Positions 55,037 through 64,000 of a stretch of DNA of 64,000 nucleotides are shown piece by piece. Both the position numbers and the translations under genes were made by a program. The stretch lies in assembly GCA_030648645.1 (NCBI GenBank), contig JAUSHL010000018.1, forward strand, positions 2,225 through 66,224, in the 5' to 3' direction. The notes beneath the pieces were generated by a model that was not told where the DNA came from, searched no databases, and saw nothing but the letters and a program-made list of their open reading frames with translations. The number at the start of each line of letters is the position of its first letter. Position 1 is the stretch's first letter. The stretch comes from Candidatus Daviesbacteria bacterium. Lineage in GTDB: Bacteria; Patescibacteriota; Microgenomatia; Daviesbacterales; UBA10151.

Positions 55037-56825
55037 TTTTTTGGAAAATTCTGATGACTGGATGATCAAAAACAGACCAGGTTTCCTCTGCAACTTCGTC
55101 GGGAAAATCTATCTTCCATCCTAACAGATTAAGTTGAGGATAGGAATTAATTTCTTTAATTTCCGTAAATTCTAAAAGATCTGCAAATAATTGATTATAA
55201 AAATTGGCAGTTACAGGAAAATCTTCGGCCAATCTTTGATGATTTGCAAATATTCTTCTGCTTTGAATTATAAAATAATCTGATTTTTCTAAATCTTCTT
55301 TTAATTTTTGTTGACTCAAAATATTTTCATCCAAATCATAAAAATTTAAAGATAGTCTTTTAAAATTTTCCGGAAGTGGAATATCAACCATGTTACCTTC
55401 TTCCAGAAAAACAGTTCCCGGAGTTAGATTTTGGGCAATCCAATTTGAAGCCTGAAGACGGACATCATTTTTTAAATAGATTGAGAAATAAGATAAGGTC
55501 CAAAGGATAGTAAGAATTAAGAATGAAGAATAAGCAAAGCTTGCGATCCGATGATCTTTAAGAATTAAGGAAAAATATTTATTAATTTTAAATTGAGAGA
55601 TTTTAAATAAAAGAAAGGCAGAAAAAATGGCAAAGAAAGGAAAAGTGGGGGAAATGAATCTGGTCCATTTGGCAAATAAAAAAGCATTGGATAAAAACAG
55701 AATTAAGAATGTAGAATTAAGAATTATGAATAAAAAGACAAGCGTCGTATTTTTGTCATTCCTGCGAAAGTCCTTCGATCCCGAGGGCCTCAGGACCGAG
55801 GGGCAGGAATCCAGATTATTGTATTCTGGATCCCGGGTTAAGCCCGGGATGACAGATAAAGGTGCGGGATGACAGTGACATTGACGAAAAATAGATAAGC
55901 ACATTGCTAGAAAACCTGCTATGCCAAAAACTAACAGAGCAGGGCCTAAAGCATATGGATAAATTTTTTCAAACTGAAATAAAACCGGAACAGTATTGAT
56001 AAATTGTCTGGTATAAAAAACCGGAATAGTGCCTATTGCCAGCGCGCTTTCATATTTAAAACTGGATAAAAAGCTGGAAAAATCTAAAAATAAATAGGGA
56101 TCAATTATAAATAAAGTAACTAAAATAATAAATAAACTTAGAATTATTCGGGAGATTATTTTTGGTATGGTCCGCCAGCTGGCGGATGGGGATGCAAGAA
56201 AAATTCCCAAAAGTATCGGCAGAAATAAAACAGCAGAGCTGATTTTAACTCCCAGTGCAAGTCCCAGAGAGGCAGAAGAAAGAATGAGGAATAAAGATTT
56301 TTTTTGTTTTACAAAATATAACAAAAAAGTTAAAGACAAAAAGATAAAAAATATTAAATTAGATTCCGGAGTTAAAAAATGAGCTTGTTGAATAAGCCCC
56401 GGAGTAAGGGCTACTAAAGCTGCTGCTAAAAGAGAGTATTTTTTATTAAAGAAAGTAAGGGAGATAAGGTAGATAAGGGGAATAGTGAGAGTGGAGAATA
56501 AAGCAGAATAAAATCTTCCAATTAAGAAAGGGGACAGGTTATAAGCAGAGCTTGCGATCTGTTGATCTAAGGTTACAAGTTGTAGTAATTGCTGAGTGAA
56601 GTAATTAAGATAGATAGAAAAAGTACCATAATTAAAAAAATGAGGGTTCATTTGATTGGGGAAACTTAATTGATTGGCAGAAATCACAATATAGTATTCA
56701 TCAGGGTGAGTAAATAGTCCCTGTCCCCAGTCTAATTTATAGAATCTCAGCACAGCACCGACAATCATGATTAAGGTTAAAGAAATAATTACCTTTTTGT
56801 TTTTCATAAAGTCTTTGATTATCAC
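55026..56825 (-). CDS. PMT/ArnT-like membrane glycosyltransferase (GT-C)
   Basis: HPDE, FFNYG, AEETWSVFDHP; several in-frame repeat insertions. Confidence 0.85.
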   Translation of the reverse strand: MIIKDFMKNKKVIISLTLIMIVGAVLRFYKLDWGQGLFTHPDEYYIVISANQLSFPNQMNPHFFNYGTFSIYLNYFTQQLLQLVTLDQQIASSAYNLSPFLIGRFYSALFSTLTIPLIYLISLTFFNKKYSLLAAALVALTPGLIQQAHFLTPESNLIFFIFLSLTFLLYFVKQKKSLFLILSSASLGLALGVKISSAVLFLPILLGIFLASPSASWRTIPKIISRIILSLFIILVTLFIIDPYLFLDFSSFLSSFKYESALAIGTIPVFYTRQFINTVPVLFQFEKIYPYALGPALLVFGIAGFLAMCLSIFRQCHCHPAPLSVIPGLTRDPEYNNLDSCPSVLRPSGSKDFRRNDKNTTLVFLFIILNSTFLILFLSNAFLFAKWTRFISPTFPFFAIFSAFLLFKISQFKINKYFSLILKDHRIASFAYSSFLILTILWTLSYFSIYLKNDVRLQASNWIAQNLTPGTVFLEEGNMVDIPLPENFKRLSLNFYDLDENILSQQKLKEDLEKSDYFIIQSRRIFANHQRLAEDFPVTANFYNQLFADLLEFTEIKEINSYPQLNLLGWKIDFPDEVAEETWSVFDHPVIRIFQKNVK

Positions 56826-56866
56826 AGATGGGAAGCAGATTTATGCGGATCTGTGCTAATCAGCTT

Positions 56867-58111
56867 CTAATCTGCGTTAATCTCCTCGGCTATTTTTTCA
56901 CCCATTTCAATAGCATAATTAGTTTCGCGGTCCCATGGATAAACCATTGCCATGTTGGCTAAATAAATATTTTTTAAGGGAGTTTTGAATTGGGGAATAA
57001 TTTTTTCAAAACCCACTTGCATAACAGGTTGAGCAAAGGGTTGGGTAAAGAGGTAGGGAGATGAGGGTAATTGGGGTGATAAGGGATATTGGGGGTTAAT
57101 TTTTTTAAGATAGGGGGTAAAAATCTTTAAAAGTTCTTGGGGTGATTTTTTTAAATATGGATGATCATTGGGTAAATAATTTCCAATATATAAAATATGT
57201 TGATTGCCATAATGTTTGGGATCCATAAAATTAGTATGTTCTGCTAAAACTAAAAAAGGAAAACCCGGATCATTAATATTTAACCAGTATGATTCTTTCA
57301 AAAAAGGTTTTTTCAAAATCAAAATTAAAACCTGAGCTGATAAGTGAGGAATAGAAGATAATTGTTGGACATATTTTTTAGGAAGATTTGGAGTATTTTT
57401 TAAAAAAACCGGCAGAGGTAAAGTTACAATAGTTTTATCAAATTTACGACTTAAGTCTTCAATATTTTTAACTTCTGTATTTAGTAAAATTTCACCACCA
57501 AGACTGATAATTTTGGTAGATATTTTATTGGCAAACTCCTGGAACCCGCCTGCCGGATAACAAAGAGTTGGAGTTCTTTTTTTAACTCTCCCCCAAAACC
57601 ATGTTAAGGAAATGTCTTCTTTAAATTCACCAAACTTTCCGGTAAATAAAGGTTCCCAAATTAATTTGGCAGATTTTTTACCCATATATTTTCTAATCCA
57701 GGGCAGGGCATATGTCCCCTCTAATTTTTGATAATTTTTTAATAATTTTAAATAACCTAAAGCAAGTCCGGTTCGTAATTTATCAATTGGAGAAAGATAA
57801 GGAAAAGTCATCAAAGACCTCGGATCGTCGAGGGGCAAAATTTGTCCATTAATATATGTATCAGTTTGAGGTTTTTGAAAAATAATCTTCTGATTTAATT
57901 CTTGTGCGAGTGACAAGGCAGAATTATCACTGGTAAAAATATGATGATATGATTTTTCCAAGGTCCAATCCCAATTTGGATTTTTAAATCCACCAGCTAA
58001 TCCTCCAGCTGTTGAATCTTTTTCAAATAAAGTGACTTGGTGTCCCATTTGTAAAAGTCGGAGAGAAGCAGTTAAACCGGTAAAACCTGCACCCAAAACA
58101 GCAATTCTCAT
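56867..58111 (-). CDS. FAD-dependent oxidoreductase
   Basis: GAGFTGL, GGLAGG, YHHIF, YPWDR. Confidence 0.88.
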   Translation of the reverse strand: MRIAVLGAGFTGLTASLRLLQMGHQVTLFEKDSTAGGLAGGFKNPNWDWTLEKSYHHIFTSDNSALSLAQELNQKIIFQKPQTDTYINGQILPLDDPRSLMTFPYLSPIDKLRTGLALGYLKLLKNYQKLEGTYALPWIRKYMGKKSAKLIWEPLFTGKFGEFKEDISLTWFWGRVKKRTPTLCYPAGGFQEFANKISTKIISLGGEILLNTEVKNIEDLSRKFDKTIVTLPLPVFLKNTPNLPKKYVQQLSSIPHLSAQVLILILKKPFLKESYWLNINDPGFPFLVLAEHTNFMDPKHYGNQHILYIGNYLPNDHPYLKKSPQELLKIFTPYLKKINPQYPLSPQLPSSPYLFTQPFAQPVMQVGFEKIIPQFKTPLKNIYLANMAMVYPWDRETNYAIEMGEKIAEEINAD

Positions 58112-58121
58112 TAGGATATTT

Positions 58122-58213
58122 TATACCCAAAATACTTTCACTACAACGTTCAATCAATATTTTGGGTTCAAGCTATTTAGCGAGTTTTATACATACGAGA
58201 TAAATTTGCTTAC
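58122..58213. repeat. Family D element, degenerate copy
   Basis: TATACCCAAAATA...ATTTTGGGTTCAA.C.ATTT..CGAG. Confidence 0.7.
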
Positions 58214-58232
58214 ATTAAAAAGCGTACTTATT

Positions 58233-58868
58233 CTATACAAAACAAACTAATCTACTGGGGGAAATAAATTCCTTCTCAACTAAAATTGCGCTATTACCAC
58301 GAAAACAAGATTGAGTTAATAATTTTTTCAAATTTTCATAAAGATTTATTGCTTCAGTTCTATCAAGTAACAACATGGGAACCTTTTCTCCTGTGAGAGG
58401 AGAGCTACCTCTGATGGCAAAAGATAGTTTTAAACCTTCACTGCCAGATGGGAATGGATGTTCAATTTTTTCAGGATCACCATTATTTAGTACAATATCT
58501 GGTTCTGAAATAATTCTAGCTGGGGGATAATTGTCAGGATTAAAATTTCTTTCCTGATGAGGGATTTCCTGTAGAATAATTGTATTATAAATACTGATTA
58601 TGGATGGTATCTGTAACATTAAGTGTTTAGCATCATCAACGCTTAAAACTGCTGCTAAACGTCTTGTAATTGGATCCTCAGGAAAACCTCTACTATAAAT
58701 TTCTACTTCTTTATCTAAGATATCAATTTCTTTTCTACCACCATTAAAAACTGTAATTCCATAAGTATTTTGAGGGAGAGGGTGCTCGAAGAATCTTTCC
58801 GATAATTGAACCGGCCCATTGACCGAAGTGTTAATAATAATCCGAGGTTTTATCTCGAGACTTATCAT
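58233..58868 (-). CDS. Hypothetical protein flanked by family D direct repeats
   Basis: ORF from MISLEIKPR; TATAAT formed at the edge of the repeat. Confidence 0.65.
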   Translation of the reverse strand: MISLEIKPRIIINTSVNGPVQLSERFFEHPLPQNTYGITVFNGGRKEIDILDKEVEIYSRGFPEDPITRRLAAVLSVDDAKHLMLQIPSIISIYNTIILQEIPHQERNFNPDNYPPARIISEPDIVLNNGDPEKIEHPFPSGSEGLKLSFAIRGSSPLTGEKVPMLLLDRTEAINLYENLKKLLTQSCFRGNSAILVEKEFISPSRLVCFV

Positions 58869-58880
58869 CTTGAGTAATAT

Positions 58881-58979
58881 TATACCCAAAATATTCTAGT
58901 TTGCAACTTTTGAACAAAATTTTGGGTTCAAACCATTTGACGAGACCATTAGTTAGTAGTCGAGTTAAATTGGTTTATA
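58881..58979. repeat. Family D element
   Basis: Matches 58122-58213 directly and 15907-16059 inverted. Confidence 0.8.
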
Positions 58980-58998
58980 AATATCTATGGGATATTTG

Positions 58999-60018
58999 TC
59001 AAAGATTTCTTTTCAAACGCCTCATTGTTTCTAATAAATAGATAGGTAGATAGCGCCAAAATTTAATTGAATAATCCTGAGCATGAACAAAATTTACTCT
59101 TTTGCCACCAAAACCTTTTTTAAATAAACTTAGTCCATACCATGGATGTTTAGGATCATCTGTTGGAGCAATTCCCCAGAAATTATAAAATGTACAACCT
59201 CTTTGTTTAGCTTCTTTGATGGCTTCCCATTGTGCTAGATAGGAAACAGTTTCTCTGCCCGTTGGGTTAGTTGCTCCCTGGTGATAGAAAGCTCCTTTAC
59301 CATAAAAAATAACCATTAAAGCTGCCACAATTTTATTATCATGTTTTTCTAAAAAAAGCATTACTTGATTATTTTTAGAAAAAGCAAGAAATTCTTCCAT
59401 GATATATTTATCAGAAAAAGGTATAAAGTTAGTGCGGCTTACTGTTTGGTGATAAAGTTTGAGAAAAATCTTCAAGTCTTTAAAATCATTGCTTTTGATA
59501 ACTGTGTACTCTCGTTTTTGTGCTTGGCGGATTTCATAACGAGTAGTTTTTCTCATTTCTGATAAAAGCTGATCTTCAGATTTGTCAACCAGATCCAAAA
59601 TCCAAGAGGATTCTGCACTCATATGAATTGGAGCATTTCTAAACCCATTTTTTTTGAACATAATTTGTGTTTTATTATCTTCTGCAAGGGCAGGGCTAAC
59701 TCTTACAAAAACAACTTTTTCTTCTAATCCTTTTTGTATAAAAAATTTTAAGAAAAAATTCCAATAATTTATTTTATCTGATTTAAAAAGAGGGCCATGT
59801 GGGCAAAAAAGAAAAGTTCCTCTTTTGGCAAATACTTTAATAATTAAAGTCACTCCTACTAATTTATTATCTTCAAAAAAACCATACTTTTCAGATTGGT
59901 CACCAATATTTTTATTAAAATCAGCCCACTCAAAAGAATGAAAAAAAGTATGAATTGAAACATGACTTACAAATTCATCCCAAATTTTTTTGTCTTCTAT
60001 TAGTTTAACTTTTAGCAT
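58999..60018 (-). CDS. FemAB/FemX peptidoglycan peptidyltransferase
   Basis: FFHSFEW, MRKTTRYEIRQA, YNFWGI, GLSLFKKGFGG. Confidence 0.92.
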   Translation of the reverse strand: MLKVKLIEDKKIWDEFVSHVSIHTFFHSFEWADFNKNIGDQSEKYGFFEDNKLVGVTLIIKVFAKRGTFLFCPHGPLFKSDKINYWNFFLKFFIQKGLEEKVVFVRVSPALAEDNKTQIMFKKNGFRNAPIHMSAESSWILDLVDKSEDQLLSEMRKTTRYEIRQAQKREYTVIKSNDFKDLKIFLKLYHQTVSRTNFIPFSDKYIMEEFLAFSKNNQVMLFLEKHDNKIVAALMVIFYGKGAFYHQGATNPTGRETVSYLAQWEAIKEAKQRGCTFYNFWGIAPTDDPKHPWYGLSLFKKGFGGKRVNFVHAQDYSIKFWRYLPIYLLETMRRLKRNL

Positions 60019-61243
60019 AATATTTATTTAAAACAGCAACCACTTTTTCAATATCTTTCTTAGAAAGATTGGGATTGACAGGTAAGTTTAATGATTCTTT
60101 AGCTACTTCTTCTGCAACTTTACAACTATTAATTTTATAGCCAACAGCATTAAAATCTGTGCCTTTTGGAGCAACTGGCTGGTCATACCAAGTATCAAGA
60201 TAAATTCCAAATTTTTGAGCAAAAATTTTAATTTTATCTCTTTCGTTTGTTTTGATAGTAAAGCGAAGTAGGGGATAATTAAAAGCAGGATTAGCAATAG
60301 GAAGATCACGTAATTCTTCCTGGTAATATTTATTAAAATTTAATCTTTTCACATTAAAAATATCTAATCTTTCAAATTGAGACAACGCTAATCTTGCAAG
60401 AGATGCCGGCATTTTTTTGGGGAAATATTCTGGTTTGCCACCTTTTTTTTCAAGTTCAATAACTGCCTTTGATAAAAGTTTTAACTTTTTGCTTAAAAGA
60501 TGAATTATTTTACCAAAGTTAAAAAATCCATAAGTTTGGACAATAACAAAAATTAATGGATTATAAAATAATTGCTCAATAATCCATTTTTTAGAAGGAA
60601 ATTCTAATTTTTCTTGATATTGCTTTATTCTTTCAGCCAATATTTTATTTTGAGTAATCACCATGCCTCCATAAACTGAAGACATCATCTTATCTCTGCC
60701 GAAACTGAAAAAAGCTGCATCAGAAAATTTGCCTAAATATTCATTATCATGTTTTACCCCTGTTGCATGAGCGCAATCTTCAATAATAAATAATTTATAT
60801 TTATTCGCAATTTTAACAATTTCTTTGATAGGCGCCGGAATACCAAAAGTATGTTGAATAATGACTGCTTTGGTATTTTTAGTAATTTTTTTCTCCAAAT
60901 CTCTTGGGTCAAGATTAAAATTACTTTCATCTATATCTATAAAAATAGGTTTATAACCTGACCATAAAATAGCATCAGGTACAGCAACACAAGTATAAGC
61001 CTGAATTGCTATTTCATCATCATTTTGAAGTCCTAATGATTTTAAGATAGCCATCAAAGATGTTCGACCACTATTAAAAGAAATTGCTTCTGTTCCAAAT
61101 TTCTGAGAGAATTTTTCTTCAAGATTTTTAATTTCTATTCCATTTTTTTTAGGATTAAATAGAAGTTTAATGGAAAGTAAAACATCCTCCCAAAAAATAT
61201 TTGGTCCTAAATCACAAGCAATGATTTTAAAAGGATTTTTCAT
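60005..61243 (-). CDS. DegT/DnrJ family PLP aminotransferase
   Basis: NSGRTSL, QHTFG, IEDCAH, FSFGRDK. Confidence 0.9.
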   Translation of the reverse strand: MKNPFKIIACDLGPNIFWEDVLLSIKLLFNPKKNGIEIKNLEEKFSQKFGTEAISFNSGRTSLMAILKSLGLQNDDEIAIQAYTCVAVPDAILWSGYKPIFIDIDESNFNLDPRDLEKKITKNTKAVIIQHTFGIPAPIKEIVKIANKYKLFIIEDCAHATGVKHDNEYLGKFSDAAFFSFGRDKMMSSVYGGMVITQNKILAERIKQYQEKLEFPSKKWIIEQLFYNPLIFVIVQTYGFFNFGKIIHLLSKKLKLLSKAVIELEKKGGKPEYFPKKMPASLARLALSQFERLDIFNVKRLNFNKYYQEELRDLPIANPAFNYPLLRFTIKTNERDKIKIFAQKFGIYLDTWYDQPVAPKGTDFNAVGYKINSCKVAEEVAKESLNLPVNPNLSKKDIEKVVAVLNKYYAKS

Positions 61244-62814
61244 TTTATAATTTCCAACACTTTTTCGGCATTTCTTCCTTCAAATAAAATAACTGAATCT
61301 GAGGAATTAAAATTTATAAGAAAGTTAGCGGCTTCCTTAGGAGATTTATAAAATTTAATTTGTTCTTCTACTTTATTTGTCTTTATAAAATCCTGGATTA
61401 TATCTATAAAATCCATACCTACCCAGATTATTTTATCAACTTTTTCCAAAGCATATCTTAAAATTTCTTGATGAATAGTTGTGGTTTGATTACCTAATTC
61501 AATTATAGGGGAGAGAACAATAATTTTATTAGATTTTTGATAATTTTTTAATGTATCTAATGCCATTTTTATCCCTTCAGAATTGATATTATAAGTATCA
61601 TCAATCAAAGTAGCTCCCTTTATAGAAAATACAAGTTCCATAGTTGCTTTTATTCCTTTTAAAGAAGTAGTTTTTTGAATTAGATTTTGCAATGGTATAT
61701 TTAATTCTTTTCCTACGGCTATTGCAGTTAATATATTTGCTACATTTTGTTTGCCGATTATTTTTGCAACAATATTAAATTTTTGATTATCAAAATGAAA
61801 TATAAATTTTAAACTATCTGGAGTAGCAATAATAGCGTCAGCATAAATATCAGTCTTTTTATTTATTGAAAAAAATATTTTTTTCAAATTGTATTTTGGA
61901 GCAATTTTATTAATTTGCACATCATCTTTATTTAAAATTATTATTCCTTGATTCTTTTCCAGATAATCAACAAGTTCAAATTTTGCCTTAGTAATATTTT
62001 CCTGTGATCCAAAAAGAGCTAAATGTTGATTAGAAATAGCAGTTAAAACTCCAATTTGCGGTTTAGTTAATTTACAAAGTGAGGTAATTTCTCCAATACG
62101 ATAGGCACCCATTTCAACCACAAAAACTTCAGTTTTTGGTGTCAATTTCTGAATAATAAATTGAGCAACTCCAATTTCAGTATTTACATGTGCAGGGGTA
62201 ACTAGAACTCTATATTTAGAAGAAATAAGTTGACCAATAAATTCTTTAGTTGTTGTCTTACCATAACTTCCGGTTACTCCTATAACTATTAATTTCTCCA
62301 TAGAAGAGATTTTTTTAGAGGCTTTGGAAATCAAATTTTGCTTATGAAACCCAACTAATTTGCCTATAAATAAAACTGAAAATCCCACAAGTAATGGAGA
62401 AATTAAATCTAAAATTATTAAAGTAATCAAATAATCTTTTTGTAATACTGAAAAAAAACTAAATCCGATTATTAAAAAAAATAAAATTAAGAAAGTAAAT
62501 GTTTCTTTCATACGCAGAGTCCATTTGGGAAAAATGGCGGAGTTTCTGAATATTATTTTTAGTACAAGTACTCCATAAAACACAATAAAAACTAGTGTTC
62601 CCATAAGAGGAAAAATTATCAGAGATATAAGAACAAATAATTTAACAATATTGAGTTTACTAAAAAGTAATTGTTTGCCAATATCAGTACTGAGAAAATC
62701 TTTAAATCTATCCAAACGGTATTCCTTAATTTGCCACCAATAAAGTTGTAAAAAAATATTAGTAATAAATCCCAATATCCAAAGCAAGAAAAATAAGAAT
62801 AATAAATTATTCAT
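61240..62814 (-). CDS. murF: MurF-like ligase with N-terminal membrane domain
   Basis: GVTGSYGKTTTKE, VVEMGA, IDDTYN. Confidence 0.8.
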   Translation of the reverse strand: MNNLLFLFFLLWILGFITNIFLQLYWWQIKEYRLDRFKDFLSTDIGKQLLFSKLNIVKLFVLISLIIFPLMGTLVFIVFYGVLVLKIIFRNSAIFPKWTLRMKETFTFLILFFLIIGFSFFSVLQKDYLITLIILDLISPLLVGFSVLFIGKLVGFHKQNLISKASKKISSMEKLIVIGVTGSYGKTTTKEFIGQLISSKYRVLVTPAHVNTEIGVAQFIIQKLTPKTEVFVVEMGAYRIGEITSLCKLTKPQIGVLTAISNQHLALFGSQENITKAKFELVDYLEKNQGIIILNKDDVQINKIAPKYNLKKIFFSINKKTDIYADAIIATPDSLKFIFHFDNQKFNIVAKIIGKQNVANILTAIAVGKELNIPLQNLIQKTTSLKGIKATMELVFSIKGATLIDDTYNINSEGIKMALDTLKNYQKSNKIIVLSPIIELGNQTTTIHQEILRYALEKVDKIIWVGMDFIDIIQDFIKTNKVEEQIKFYKSPKEAANFLINFNSSDSVILFEGRNAEKVLEIIK

Positions 62815-63521
62815 TTGATAAATTCCTTAATTTCTTTCGCTACATCTTCAGGGTTAGATAGAGGTAGACCATGACGTAGGTTTGAGAATATTTTAAGTTT
62901 TGATCCTTTAATATTTTGATGAATTATTTTGGCTTGCCATACAGGAGTATAAGAATCTTTTTCTCCCCATAAAATTAAAGTTGGAGTGTAAATTTGTTGA
63001 AGACAAGGGAATAAATCTTCCTGTAAAATTTTATTCATAATTTGTTTCATTTTTGGTGAAGCTTTCTGATAATCAGAATGTCTGAAAATGATTTTTAAGA
63101 ACGAAGAAAGTCCCGGTGATTTTATGAATTTAGATATTTTGATTAGAACTTTGGTTGATATAGTTTTTCTTCTAATAACTGCTGCATCACAAAGAATTAA
63201 AGTTTTAACTTTATCCGGATAATCCAGTACCATTTGAGTAGCAACTTGTCCTCCAAAAGAATGACCAAAAAGATGAAATTCTTTTAAACCCAAATCCTGA
63301 GTTATTTGAATTATTTCTTGAGCATAATCTTTAATTCCGTAAATTGTTTCAGGTTCCGGAGAATTCCCAAAACCCGGTAGATCTAATGTTATAGCTTGAA
63401 AATTTTTAGAGAGTTGTATTTGTAAATTTTCTAAAGATTTAGATGATCCCCCCCAACCATGAAGTAAGATAATTGGTTCCCCTAAACCTTGAACATGATA
63501 TTGGATTGTAGATTTTGACAT
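62811..63521 (-). CDS. Alpha/beta hydrolase
   Basis: LLHGWG, DLPGFG, GHSFGG, WGEKD. Confidence 0.92.
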   Translation of the reverse strand: MSKSTIQYHVQGLGEPIILLHGWGGSSKSLENLQIQLSKNFQAITLDLPGFGNSPEPETIYGIKDYAQEIIQITQDLGLKEFHLFGHSFGGQVATQMVLDYPDKVKTLILCDAAVIRRKTISTKVLIKISKFIKSPGLSSFLKIIFRHSDYQKASPKMKQIMNKILQEDLFPCLQQIYTPTLILWGEKDSYTPVWQAKIIHQNIKGSKLKIFSNLRHGLPLSNPEDVAKEIKEFIK

Positions 63522-63565
63522 GTTGATGTTGTAATTTTACCATGATTTTTGATAGAATTGTGGGC

Positions 63566-64000
63566 ATGAATGTACCTTCACACATAGCTATTATTATGGA
63601 TGGGAACCGTCGGTGGGCCAGACAAAGAGGTTTACCGGAAGGCAGAGGACATGAAGCTGGGACAGTGGCTTTAGAAAAAGTTGTGGAAGAGGCAGTGAAA
63701 TTGGGTATTAAAACCATCACTGTTTATGCGCTCTCTACCGAAAATATAAAAGAGAGAGCAAAACGGGAAGTGATGGGACTTTTTAGTTTAATGAGGTCAA
63801 GCTATCATACTAAACTAAAAAAAATGATGGCAAATGGAGTGAAGATTTCTATCTTGGGTGAGCTAAATGGACTCCCCGGATCAATAAAGAGGTTAATTGA
63901 ACAATTAAAAAAAACTTATATTAAAAATGAATCAATCAAATTAAATATTGCCCTAAATTATGGAGGTAAAAAAGAAATTGTTGAGGCAATTAAAAATTTA
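63566..64000 (+). CDS. uppS: Undecaprenyl diphosphate synthase (runs off the window)
   Basis: PSHIAIIMDGNRRWA, YALSTEN, IALNYGG. Confidence 0.93.
   Translation, partial: MNVPSHIAIIMDGNRRWARQRGLPEGRGHEAGTVALEKVVEEAVKLGIKTITVYALSTENIKERAKREVMGLFSLMRSSYHTKLKKMMANGVKISILGELNGLPGSIKRLIEQLKKTYIKNESIKLNIALNYGGKKEIVEAIKNL

Overview
AT-rich bacterial chromosome segment. Gene content and style (short polA without a proofreading domain, ATP-dependent ligase, pilin-leader proteins, apparently leaderless genes) suggest a CPR/Microgenomates genome; this is inferred, not checked. Core genes include trpS, ftsH, intein-containing polA, mutM, recF, lig, udg, pth, ispG/ispH/idi, a prenyl synthase, glycosylation and peptidoglycan genes, and uppS. 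Between them are small accessory blocks with about eight toxin-antitoxin modules. Five things stand out. (1) A ribosome-dependent attenuator (leader METLKIISKYWYYANN) precedes an atypical tRNA-Trp, an unknown 456-aa protein and TrpRS. (2) Three wHTH+Cas2-like (PaaX-like) genes are each bracketed by their own pair of directly repeated 30-40 bp palindromes, and orphan copies occur elsewhere. (3) Diverged duplicates of the ends of ftsH, polA, lig and a glycosyltransferase mark stacked cargo insertions. (4) Nested 3n-length palindromic mini-elements and heptamer repeats are inserted in frame in housekeeping genes. (5) An atypical class II ribonucleotide reductase heads a nucleotide-metabolism island. 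No CRISPR array, integrase or transposase was seen. All calls come from reading motifs by eye, without database searches.
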